64,000 bases of DNA from an uncultured Gammaproteobacteria bacterium. GTDB lineage: Bacteria; Patescibacteriota; Patescibacteriia; Magasanikbacterales; GWA2-37-8. The stretch spans positions 348,565 through 412,564 of the forward strand of contig CAZINT010000001.1 in NCBI GenBank assembly GCA_964540825.1, read 5' to 3'. Below are positions 9,912 to 17,726 of this stretch, one piece after another. Position 1 is the stretch's first letter, and every line of letters starts with the position of its first letter. The translations under genes and the position numbers were made by a program. The notes below the pieces were generated by a model. It had not been told where the DNA came from. It worked only from the letters and a program-made list of their open reading frames with translations, and ran no database searches.

Positions 9912-10991
9912 ATGAAAATAATTTTTTCCGGTGGCGGAACACTTGGCCCGGTGACGCCGCTCTTGGCAGTTGCCGCTGCCTACAAGCAAGCTCATCCGGA
10001 CGCTGAGTTTATTTGGGTTGGGACAAAGTTTGGTCCCGAGCGTCAAGTCGTTGAAGAGGCTGGTTTAACCTTTTATCCGCTCAATGGTGGAAAGTGGCGC
10101 CGCTATCTTTCGTTTTGGAATATTGTGGATATTATCAAAATTATCGTGGGCTTTTTTCAAGCCATGATTTTTATTTGGTATGAAAAACCGGACTTGCTTG
10201 TTTCTGCCGGCGGGTTTGTCAGTGTGCCGCTGCACTATGCCGGGTCGTTCCTCGGGATTCCAACCTGGGTGCATCAGCAAGATTTGCGCGTCGGTCTGGC
10301 TAATAAGCTGATGTTTAGCGTGGCAACCAAAATTACGGCAGCGCTCGAACAAACCGCCAAGCAACTTCCATCCAAAAAAACCGAATGGATTGGTAACCCT
10401 TCGCGCGAGTTAGTCTGTCAAAATGCCAACCAGGCCTGTACGCATTTTAATATTCCTGCCGGAAGTGTGGTTATTTTTGCGGTAGGCGGGGGGACAGGGT
10501 CGAACACCATCAACCGCATGATCGTCGAAGCGCTGCCGAGCTGGCCAAAAGACTGGCATGTGATTCACTTGACCGGCAAAGAACGTTCCAGTGAATTAGC
10601 GGAGCGTGTGGCAGCAATTTTTCCCAATTACCATGCCTATAAATTTTTTACCGGTGAAATGGCTTGCGCGTATGCACTTGCTACCATCGTCGTTGCCAGG
10701 GCCGGGTTTGCGACGCTCACGGAACTGGCCGCACTTTCAAAAGCCGCCATTATTTTACCGATGGCCGGAACACACCAAGAAGAAAATGCTTCGTATTTTG
10801 CCAGTCAAAGTGGCGTAATCCAATTTCACGAAACCATGGACACCGGTTTAAAATTGGCGCAGGTAATTAAAGAATTAGCAAATGACCCGATGAAGCGCCA
10901 AATGCTCGGCAATAATTTGCATCAGCTGTTGCCTCAAACCGATGATGCAAAAATAGTTGCAATTATTGATGGTTTAATTAAAAAATTCTAA
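9912..10991 (+). CDS. murG: undecaprenyldiphospho-muramoylpentapeptide beta-N-acetylglucosaminyltransferase (GT28)
   Basis: N-terminal 'FSGGGTLGPVTPLLAVAAA', C-terminal UDP-sugar binding 'GGGTGS..ARAGFATLTELAAL' pattern of MurG. Confidence 0.75.
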   Translation: MKIIFSGGGTLGPVTPLLAVAAAYKQAHPDAEFIWVGTKFGPERQVVEEAGLTFYPLNGGKWRRYLSFWNIVDIIKIIVGFFQAMIFIWYEKPDLLVSAGGFVSVPLHYAGSFLGIPTWVHQQDLRVGLANKLMFSVATKITAALEQTAKQLPSKKTEWIGNPSRELVCQNANQACTHFNIPAGSVVIFAVGGGTGSNTINRMIVEALPSWPKDWHVIHLTGKERSSELAERVAAIFPNYHAYKFFTGEMACAYALATIVVARAGFATLTELAALSKAAIILPMAGTHQEENASYFASQSGVIQFHETMDTGLKLAQVIKELANDPMKRQMLGNNLHQLLPQTDDAKIVAIIDGLIKKF

Positions 10992-11002
10992 CGCATACTT
11001 GT

Positions 11003-11548
11003 ATGACTGAATCTATTATTTTTGGCGGTGGGTGTTTCTGGTGTATGGAAGCGGTTTTCCAAATGCTTGAGGGGGTCACCGGTGTTGCTTCCGGCTACAC
11101 AGGCGGCACAATTCCGAACCCAACCTATGAACAAGTGTGCACTGGTCGCACCGGGCATGCTGAAGCGATCAAAATTGATTTTGATCCTGCTAAAATTAAG
11201 CTAACAGATTTATTGGCGGTTTACTTTACATCGCACGACCCAACCACTTTGAATCGGCAGGGGAATGATGTGGGTACGCAGTATCGTTCGTCAATTTTTT
11301 ATAGCACACCCGAACAGCTCGAAATAACTAAAAAATTTATTGCCGAGCTTGAGGCTGATAAAACTTTTTCAGATCCTATTGTTACGACACTAGAGCCGCT
11401 CACTCTATTTTATCCAGCGGAACAATATCACCAAAATTATTACCGCAACAATGAAAGTCAACCATATTGTCAGTTCGTGATTAATCCTAAAATTACTAAG
11501 CTGCGTCAAAAATTTGCGCACTTATTAAAGCCGGGAATGACAGCTTAA
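11003..11548 (+). CDS. msrA: peptide methionine sulfoxide reductase A
   Basis: Catalytic 'GGGCFWCMEAVF' and 'HDPTTLNRQGNDVGTQYRSSIFY' motifs. Confidence 0.85.
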   Translation: MTESIIFGGGCFWCMEAVFQMLEGVTGVASGYTGGTIPNPTYEQVCTGRTGHAEAIKIDFDPAKIKLTDLLAVYFTSHDPTTLNRQGNDVGTQYRSSIFYSTPEQLEITKKFIAELEADKTFSDPIVTTLEPLTLFYPAEQYHQNYYRNNESQPYCQFVINPKITKLRQKFAHLLKPGMTA

Positions 11549-11596
11549 TAGAGGCGTGAAATAAATTTGCAGTTTAGGTGTAATAACAGAATACGC

Positions 11597-11625
11597 TTGC
11601 AACCAATTTTAGTTGCCGGTATACT
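11597..11625 (+). promoter_or_regulatory. sigma-70 consensus promoter (TTGCAA-17-TATACT) upstream of FMN-binding lipoprotein gene
   Basis: TTGCAA 11597-11602, 17-nt spacer, TATACT 11620-11625. Confidence 0.45.
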
Positions 11626-11665
11626 ATTAAAAATTATTTATTATTAACATTAATGCTCTGTTACT

Positions 11666-12250
11666 ATGAGTCAAAAGAATATCAGCAAATTTTTAGCTGT
11701 TTTTTCACTTTTAGCGGTAGCAGTCACTGCTAGTGGCTGCGGCGCAGCTGCCACAGATTCGACTAATGCTACTTTGCCAACGGATACTGGCGCAGCTATG
11801 ACTCCTTCTGATACAGGTGCGGGCGGCGATATTCGGACTGATGAAAGTATGAACGGCGGCCTGGATACGACCCCTCCGGCAACTACTACCGATACCATGA
11901 CGCCTCCTGCCAGTAATCCTCCGGCAGCTGTGCCCGCAGCAAATAAAAGTTCTTATAAAGATGGTACTTACACGGCTGACGGCAGTTACCGCTCACCGGG
12001 CGGCACTGAAGGTGTTGGCGTTACCCTTACCCTTAAAAATGATGTCATTACCAAAGTGACCGTTGTTTCGAAGGCAAATGACCCGATGTCTACTCGTTAC
12101 CAGGGTATGTTCATTGCCGGGATCAGTGATGTAGTTGTTGGTAAAAAAATTAATGAAATTAAAGTTTCTAAAATTTCCGGTTCATCGCTTACTGCCGGTG
12201 GATTTAACGATGCTGTTGTTAAAATTGAGGCTCAGGCTAAGAATTCCTAA
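11666..12250 (+). CDS. secreted lipoprotein with C-terminal FMN-binding (FMN_bind) domain; predicted ApbE flavinylation substrate
   Basis: Lipobox 'LAVAVTASGCG'; Thr/Pro-rich linker; C-terminal domain with 'KISGSSLTAGG' resembling the S-G-A-T flavinylation motif. Confidence 0.55.
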   Translation: MSQKNISKFLAVFSLLAVAVTASGCGAAATDSTNATLPTDTGAAMTPSDTGAGGDIRTDESMNGGLDTTPPATTTDTMTPPASNPPAAVPAANKSSYKDGTYTADGSYRSPGGTEGVGVTLTLKNDVITKVTVVSKANDPMSTRYQGMFIAGISDVVVGKKINEIKVSKISGSSLTAGGFNDAVVKIEAQAKNS

Positions 12251-12264
12251 ACCCACGAATAGGT

Positions 12265-13134
12265 ATGTTTTCGGCTGATTTTGAAGCGATTGGAACGCAT
12301 TGGAAAATTGATATTTTTGAAGAAATTCCAGCCGAAAGCTCCAAAAAAATTATCGAGAAAATAAAAGCCCGTATCGATGTGTTCGATCGGGCTTATTCTC
12401 GTTTTAGGGCGGATTCGCTCGTGACCGAAATGTCACACCGCGCGGGCACCTACACGCTGCCCGGCGACGCTAAGCCGATGTTTGACCTTTATCATGATTT
12501 GTACAAACGGACTAATGGCCGCTTTACACCGCTTATTGCTCAAACGTTGGTTGAAGCAGGGTATGATGCCGAATACTCGCTCCAACCAAAAGCGCTGCAT
12601 CGTCCGCCGACGTGGGACGAAGCGTTTGAGTATGCGTATCCAGAGCTTACCCTCAAACAACCCGCGCTCCTTGACGTGGGTGCGGCAGGCAAAGGGTATA
12701 TTATTGATATTGTCGCCCAAATTCTCTATACTGAAGGCGTAACAGCTTTTTGTGTCGACGCTGGGGCAGATATGTTCTACGCGCACCCTGCCAATAAATT
12801 GCTCGAAGTCGGTTTAGAAAATCCGTTTGATACCACCGAGGTAATTGGTGTGGCTACCATTGCTAATGAAAGTATCTGTGGTTCGGCAGGCAATAGGCGC
12901 GCCTGGAAAAATTTTCACCATATCATTGATCCGTCAACGCTTGCGTCGCCCCGAACGATCGCTGCAGTTTGGACAATTGCCGATAGCGCACTTCTGGCCG
13001 ATGCGCTTTCCACCTGTCTGTTCTTTGTCTCGTCAGCCACGCTTGCTCCGCACTATGATTTTGAATATGTAATTTTGTATCACGATTTTTCTATTGAAAA
13101 GTCACCATATTTTCCGGGCACTTTTTTTAAATAA
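12265..13134 (+). CDS. apbE: FAD:protein FMN transferase (ApbE family)
   Basis: ApbE-like sequence throughout (289 aa) and adjacency to FMN_bind lipoprotein. Confidence 0.7.
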   Translation: MFSADFEAIGTHWKIDIFEEIPAESSKKIIEKIKARIDVFDRAYSRFRADSLVTEMSHRAGTYTLPGDAKPMFDLYHDLYKRTNGRFTPLIAQTLVEAGYDAEYSLQPKALHRPPTWDEAFEYAYPELTLKQPALLDVGAAGKGYIIDIVAQILYTEGVTAFCVDAGADMFYAHPANKLLEVGLENPFDTTEVIGVATIANESICGSAGNRRAWKNFHHIIDPSTLASPRTIAAVWTIADSALLADALSTCLFFVSSATLAPHYDFEYVILYHDFSIEKSPYFPGTFFK

Positions 13135-13146
13135 TTAAATTGTGTA

Positions 13147-13210
13147 GCAGAGTAGGCAGAATAAGTACTAGGCAGAGTAAGTATTTGTTAACTTACTCTG
13201 CCTACTCTGC
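13147..13210. repeat. nested inverted/direct repeat element (two tandem 'GCAGAGTA' units facing two 'TACTCTGC' units); alternative hairpins
   Basis: 13147-13159 pairs 13198-13210; 13171-13182 pairs 13191-13202; the 3' arms overlap so the two stems are mutually exclusive. Confidence 0.5.
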
Positions 13211-13215
13211 TTATC

Positions 13216-14757
13216 TTGCCTAGGACTTATATTATTATGCATTTTATCGATAATTTCCTCAACAAGTTCACGATGTATCGCGTTGTCCTCTACGGCCTCA
13301 CGTTTATTTCAGCGGTTGCTTTTATTCTCAGTTTTTTAAAAATCATCGCGTTCACACCGGCAGAACTCGGCGTTTCATTTGCAGTCCTATTTGTCACCTG
13401 CGCGTCGGTTAATTGGATTTTCGCCAAACTCTTCAAAATTCCGGCAAATGTGGAGTCGGTTTTTATTACGGCGTATATTTTGTTTTTGATTCTTATCCCG
13501 ACGACTGCACTCGCTGATATTTACTGGATGGTTGGCATCGGAGCGATCGCTATGGCCTCGAAGTACCTGCTTGTTTTTCGTAAACAACATCTTTTTAATC
13601 CGGCTGCAATCGCGCTCGTTATTAGTGGGGTGCTGGGAAGCAGCTTATCGTTTTGGTGGGTCGCGACGCCATTGCTGTTGCCGGTGGTCGCTCTCGTTGG
13701 CTTTTTGATTGTTCGTAAAATTCATCGTTTTAATATTGTTATCCCGTTTTTTATTGTCGCGCTCGGTATTTTGGTGGGGAAGGGGCTTGTCGCCGGTGAG
13801 ACGCCGGGAGCGCTCCTCAAAGAATTTTTGTTATCCTGGCCGCTTATTTTCTTTGGTACGGTAATGTTGACCGAGCCACTCACCACGCCCGCCCGTAAAC
13901 ACATGCAAGTACTCTATGGAATTGTGGTGGGTATTTTATTTTCGCTTCATTTTGAATTTAAGCCAATTTTTTCTTCGCCGGAACTGGCGCTCGTTCTGGG
14001 TAATATTTTTTCGGCAATCGCCAGTCCCAAACAACGCATGGTGCTTAAATTTAAAGAGAAAATTAAACTATCGGCCAACATGTTTGAGTTCGTTTTTACT
14101 GCCCCGCGCCATTTGAAATTTATTCCCGGCCAGTATGCCGAGTGGACACTGTTCCACCCTAACCCCGATACCCGTGGAAACCGCCGCTATTTTACGCTTG
14201 CCTCAGCACCCGAAAGCCGCGAAGTCGCCATGGGCATTCGCATTTCCGACCCATCGAGCAGTTTCAAAAAGAAGCTCTGTACGCTTGCTCCCGGGGATAC
14301 GATCATGACCTCGTCCGCCGCCGGTGATTTTGTCTTGCCCCGTGATAAGAATAAAAAAATTGTTTTTGTAGCCGGGGGTATTGGCGTAACGCCCTTTGCG
14401 AGTATCATGCGTCATTTATTGAATACGAAAGAAAAAAGAACTGTAACACAGCTGTACTCGGTGCGTACGTGCGAAGATATTGCCTATCAGCCGCTGTTTG
14501 ACCAGGCAGAAAAGGAACTGGGTATTGTGACCAAATATATCGTTACCGACACTACCTGTGTACCCAAGGGCTGGGACACGCCAACAGGATATATTTCCGA
14601 CCCCACAGTTCGTCAACTGGTGCCGGATTTTAAAGAGCGACTCTTTTATATTTCCGGGCCATTTGTAATGGTAGATGCGACGCAAAAGTTACTCAAAAAA
14701 ATGGGTGTACCGAGTAGTCAAATTAAAACAGATTTTTTCCCGGGGTTTGCGGGATAA
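13216..14757 (+). CDS. polytopic membrane protein fused to C-terminal ferredoxin-NADP reductase-like FAD/NAD(P)-binding oxidoreductase domain
   Basis: About 8 predicted TM helices in N-terminal 280 aa; C-terminal 'RRYFTLASAP' (FAD RxYS-like) and 'IVFVAGGIGVTPFASIM' (NAD(P) GGxGxxP) motifs. Confidence 0.6.
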   Translation: MPRTYIIMHFIDNFLNKFTMYRVVLYGLTFISAVAFILSFLKIIAFTPAELGVSFAVLFVTCASVNWIFAKLFKIPANVESVFITAYILFLILIPTTALADIYWMVGIGAIAMASKYLLVFRKQHLFNPAAIALVISGVLGSSLSFWWVATPLLLPVVALVGFLIVRKIHRFNIVIPFFIVALGILVGKGLVAGETPGALLKEFLLSWPLIFFGTVMLTEPLTTPARKHMQVLYGIVVGILFSLHFEFKPIFSSPELALVLGNIFSAIASPKQRMVLKFKEKIKLSANMFEFVFTAPRHLKFIPGQYAEWTLFHPNPDTRGNRRYFTLASAPESREVAMGIRISDPSSSFKKKLCTLAPGDTIMTSSAAGDFVLPRDKNKKIVFVAGGIGVTPFASIMRHLLNTKEKRTVTQLYSVRTCEDIAYQPLFDQAEKELGIVTKYIVTDTTCVPKGWDTPTGYISDPTVRQLVPDFKERLFYISGPFVMVDATQKLLKKMGVPSSQIKTDFFPGFAG

Positions 14758-14759
14758 AG

Positions 14760-15365
14760 TTAGAGAATTCTTTTGAAAGGTTTTTCGGTGATTTCTCCAA
14801 ATTCATACACCCACGGAATTCCCGTTGGAATTTCCAAAGTAATAATTTCTTCAGGCGTCAGTCCTTCTAATTTCATCACCAGAGCACGCAGACTGTTATG
14901 ATGCGCAGTAACCAAAATATTTTTCCCTTGAGCTAATTCTTTCTCGATTATTTCTTCAAAATGTTTGTGCACGCGCGCAGCGGTATCGGCCAGGCTTTCT
15001 CCCTCGGGTGGGCGCGTATCGTAGCTGCGGCGCCACAGTTTTACCTGCGCTTCGCCGTGAAGTGCGATTGTCTCGGCGTGGGTTTTGCCTTGGAGAGCTC
15101 CATAATGCCGTTCGTTAAGGGCGCTAAAAGTTTGCAGCGGTAGATGTTGTTTGTTAATCGCGGCCAAGGCGATTTTGGCAGTTTCAATAGCGCGAGTCAG
15201 TAGGGAAGTGTGGACTAATGAGATGTCAAAATCAGCGAGTTTTTCGCCAGCCAGGCGAGCTTGCAATTCGCCTTCGGCCGAGAGGGGAATATCGGTTTGG
15301 CCGGTGAAACGGCCCTCGGCATTCCAGAGAGTTTTGCCGTGGCGAAGGAGGATGAGGGTGGGCAT
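14760..15365 (-). CDS. gpmA: 2,3-bisphosphoglycerate-dependent phosphoglycerate mutase (short form)
   Basis: 'LRHGKTLWN', 'LNERHYGALQG', 'LWRRSYDTRPP', 'TAHHNSLRALV', 'IPTGIPWVYEF' match dPGM. Confidence 0.8.
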   Translation of the reverse strand: MPTLILLRHGKTLWNAEGRFTGQTDIPLSAEGELQARLAGEKLADFDISLVHTSLLTRAIETAKIALAAINKQHLPLQTFSALNERHYGALQGKTHAETIALHGEAQVKLWRRSYDTRPPEGESLADTAARVHKHFEEIIEKELAQGKNILVTAHHNSLRALVMKLEGLTPEEIITLEIPTGIPWVYEFGEITEKPFKRIL

Positions 15366-15465
15366 AATTATAATCTAAGTAGCACATCGTATTGTAACAG
15401 GTGAAAAATGGATAAGCAATTGGCAATAAAAAAATAACCTTTTACGGTTACAAATGAAGAGGGCT

Positions 15466-15500
15466 GGGCGGGGCAGCCAGTGTGAGTGGCCGCCCCGCCC
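15466..15500 (-). terminator. GC-rich hairpin downstream of the islet-1 gene
   Basis: GGGCGGGGCAGCC / GGCCGCCCCGCCC arms (one mismatch), T-run on minus strand shortly after. Confidence 0.45.
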
Positions 15501-15518
15501 GTCTAGAATTTTCCCGAT

Positions 15519-16628
15519 CTAGGTGGGGGGAGTGATGAGTCCGTGCTCCCAGTCGGTGCTGAGGAATTTGGTGAGGTGCGGACGCAGCGCCTGGATGCCG
15601 GGCAATACCAGTTCGGCGTACACCGCGAGCGCACTGCCGGCCTGGGCAAAATCAAGGGCCAGCCCGGTCAGTTCGTGCATCGAGCGGTCCAGTTCGAACT
15701 CGTGACGCATCTTTCTTCCCCGGGTGTTCTGCTGGGCGATCTCGGGGATGAAGCCTAGATGGTCGGTGAGAAAAGCAACTCCCAGTTGGCGACGGTTCGG
15801 CAGGTTCTGCTGTGTAGCCACTGAACAGGAAGCGGCAGTCAGCTCGTTGCCCTGCACTGTCGCGCTGATGCTGTACTGTTGGGTGAAGATCAGGTCCGGA
15901 AGGAGGCTCGCATTGTGCATGCTGGGCCGAAGTACCGGAGGCAGGATGGCGCTGACGCACTCTTCGTAGCGATCCAGATCCACGAAGTTCGGTCCCTCGA
16001 CTTTTTCGACACGGGGCAGCGACTTCCCGAGTTCCACGCTTTCCAGCTTGCGAAGCACTTTCTCGATCAGCTTCGCTTCTTCGCTTGCCAGATAGCGGAG
16101 TGGCCCCACAAAGTAGCGGCGCGCCCGCTCGACTCGCTGCTTGAGCTGGCACCAGTGGAAGGCGATCCAGAGCGGGCCATGATCCCGTCCGATGGGGCGA
16201 CCGTCGTCGAAGGTCCACCTGCACTTGATGATGACGTGCTCGCCGATCGTCTGGCGCATCACGTTGAGGCCGAGTCGGTAACTTCCGCGCCCGAGGGCTA
16301 CTTGGCGCAAGCCCTTATAGCGCAGCGTTCCGATGCCGAACTCCACCGTGTTCTTCTGGCCGGCGAACTCGCCGCTCGCCATTCCCTCTTCGATTCTGAA
16401 GGGGGCGAGCAAATTGCTGGGCTCATGGTAGAGCGACCACTCGGTCGGCAGGAGGGCGTCACTCGGATCGACTCTGACTTCGCCATCGCCCATGTTGTGC
16501 AGAAGGAGAAAAGGGGTCGTGGGCACCTCTTCGTAATCATCCTCGCGCACTTCCCAGGCGCCGAACGGTTGGAGGAGTGGTGGAAGTTGGGGAAAGACGA
16601 TCTGGTTCTTGTAGAAACGAGCAGGCAT
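15519..16628 (-). CDS. hypothetical protein encoded in GC-rich islet 1
   Basis: 369-aa ORF; own promoter (16766-16794, minus), SD-like 'AAGGA', downstream hairpin; no recognisable domain. Confidence 0.5.
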   Translation of the reverse strand: MPARFYKNQIVFPQLPPLLQPFGAWEVREDDYEEVPTTPFLLLHNMGDGEVRVDPSDALLPTEWSLYHEPSNLLAPFRIEEGMASGEFAGQKNTVEFGIGTLRYKGLRQVALGRGSYRLGLNVMRQTIGEHVIIKCRWTFDDGRPIGRDHGPLWIAFHWCQLKQRVERARRYFVGPLRYLASEEAKLIEKVLRKLESVELGKSLPRVEKVEGPNFVDLDRYEECVSAILPPVLRPSMHNASLLPDLIFTQQYSISATVQGNELTAASCSVATQQNLPNRRQLGVAFLTDHLGFIPEIAQQNTRGRKMRHEFELDRSMHELTGLALDFAQAGSALAVYAELVLPGIQALRPHLTKFLSTDWEHGLITPPT

Positions 16629-16765
16629 TCTCTGGTTCCTTGCTCTCCCTTTCCTGGGTTAGGCTCCGGTCGTTTGTGGCGACATGCGGAGGAGTCTTGG
16701 TGACTCTCAGGAGCAGCTCTTGCGAAGTAAAAATTACTTCGCTCAGCTGTTCCGGAGAACAGGTG

Positions 16766-16794
16766 ATAGTACATCAAATAAGTGATTTTGTCAA
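16766..16794 (-). promoter_or_regulatory. sigma-70 consensus promoter on minus strand (TTGACA-17-TACTAT) driving islet-1 gene; ~130-nt leader with two hairpins (16722-16742, 16747-16762)
   Basis: Reverse complement of 16789-16794 = TTGACA; of 16766-16771 = TACTAT. Confidence 0.45.
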
Positions 16795-16812
16795 TAATAA
16801 TGTGATAAAAAT

Positions 16813-16835
16813 AAAGACGCTTTTTAAGCGTCTTT
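16813..16835 (-). terminator. hairpin AAAGACGC-N7-GCGTCTTT immediately 3' of tRNA-Lys (minus strand)
   Basis: Perfect 8-bp stem; T-run follows on minus strand. Confidence 0.45.
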
Positions 16836-16841
16836 ACTCGG

Positions 16842-16914
16842 TGGGTCGGCCGGGGCTCGAACCCGGGACCTTATCCTTAAAAGGGATCTGCTCTACCAGC
16901 TGAGCTACCGACCC
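16842..16914 (-). tRNA. tRNA-Lys (anticodon UUU)
   Basis: Manual fold: acceptor GGGTCGG/CCGACCC, D-arm GCTC/GAGC, anticodon loop CTTTTAA, T-arm CCGGG-TTCGAGC-CCCGG; 73 nt. Confidence 0.8.
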
Positions 16915-17083
16915 AATATGGGTTTCTGGTTGTTTCTAAAATGACAAGGGAAATAATAGCACAGGCTTTTATAATAATCAAGAGCCGGGATTTCCACAGA
17001 GTAGAGCCATTTTATAATTTAGACTTTTACAGGAAGTAATGATATACTAGGGTTGTTTTAGAGCTTATTTTTAGCCTAGGTAT

Positions 17084-17659
17084 ATGATCGATCCTAAATA
17101 TTTTGGCAAAGTCCGCGAAGAACTTTTGGCCTATGCCGAGAAACGACGAGAGGTCATCAAAATGACCGGCGACGCTCAGCACCAATCGAAGCGCGCTATT
17201 TTTGCCTTGCAGCGCGATGATGCTGCTGAAGCAAAAAAATGTTTGGACGAAGCCGGCGGTCTTTTGATGAGTGTGAATAAGAAATTCCAAAAGGATCAGC
17301 GTTTGTTCAACGAAGGATCCTACCGGGCAAGTCTCGAAGAGTTTGCAGAAGCGATGCTCTTCAATCAATTTCTCATGGGTAAGTCAATCGGTGAAATTAA
17401 AGGTTTTAAAGTGGATCCGGATATTTACATTAGCGGCCTCGCTGATGTTCCAGGCGAAATTTTGCGCTATGCGATTAAATCGGCAACGGAACGAAATTTC
17501 TTGATGGTCAAAAAATGTTATGATGTTTGTGAGCGCATAATTAGCGAAATGGTAGATATGGACTTGACCGGCTATAACCGCCAGAAGTTTGATCAGGCCA
17601 AGGGTGCTTTAAATAAATTACAGCAGGTAGTGTACGAAGTAAGTTTGCAGCAGAAATAA
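17084..17659 (+). CDS. hypothetical all-alpha protein (possibly translin-like)
   Basis: 191-aa ORF, predicted helical; family assignment uncertain. Confidence 0.45.
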   Translation: MIDPKYFGKVREELLAYAEKRREVIKMTGDAQHQSKRAIFALQRDDAAEAKKCLDEAGGLLMSVNKKFQKDQRLFNEGSYRASLEEFAEAMLFNQFLMGKSIGEIKGFKVDPDIYISGLADVPGEILRYAIKSATERNFLMVKKCYDVCERIISEMVDMDLTGYNRQKFDQAKGALNKLQQVVYEVSLQQK

Positions 17660-17681
17660 ATCCAGCGCGCTAAACCCTGGA

Positions 17682-17699
17682 TTCCCGCCTGCGCGGGAA
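17682..17699 (+). terminator. short hairpin TTCCCGC-CTGC-GCGGGAA after previous CDS
   Basis: 7-bp GC-rich stem; no clear T-run. Confidence 0.3.
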
Positions 17700-17726
17700 T
17701 GACACGTTGAATGAAAATATCAGTAT

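Larger units (their letters stand above)
15440..16800. other. GC-rich islet 1 (compositionally anomalous single-gene insertion next to tRNA-Lys)
   Basis: Abrupt rise in G+C and Arg/Ala-rich ORFs in several frames relative to flanks. Confidence 0.6.

Noticed and set aside
12433-12786. 117-aa minus-strand ORF inside apbE
   Set aside because: Antisense to a well-supported gene; Arg-rich.
15652-16777. Alternative ORFs in islet 1 (15652-16224 minus, 15879-16703 plus, 16298-16777 minus)
   Set aside because: They overlap the 369-aa minus gene, which alone is flanked by a correctly oriented promoter and terminator. Their composition looks like that of alternate or antisense frames.
16917-17083. Possible small RNA in the tRNA-Lys / next-gene spacer
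   Set aside because: No convincing structure or known ncRNA hallmark (RNase P, SRP, tmRNA motifs) was seen.
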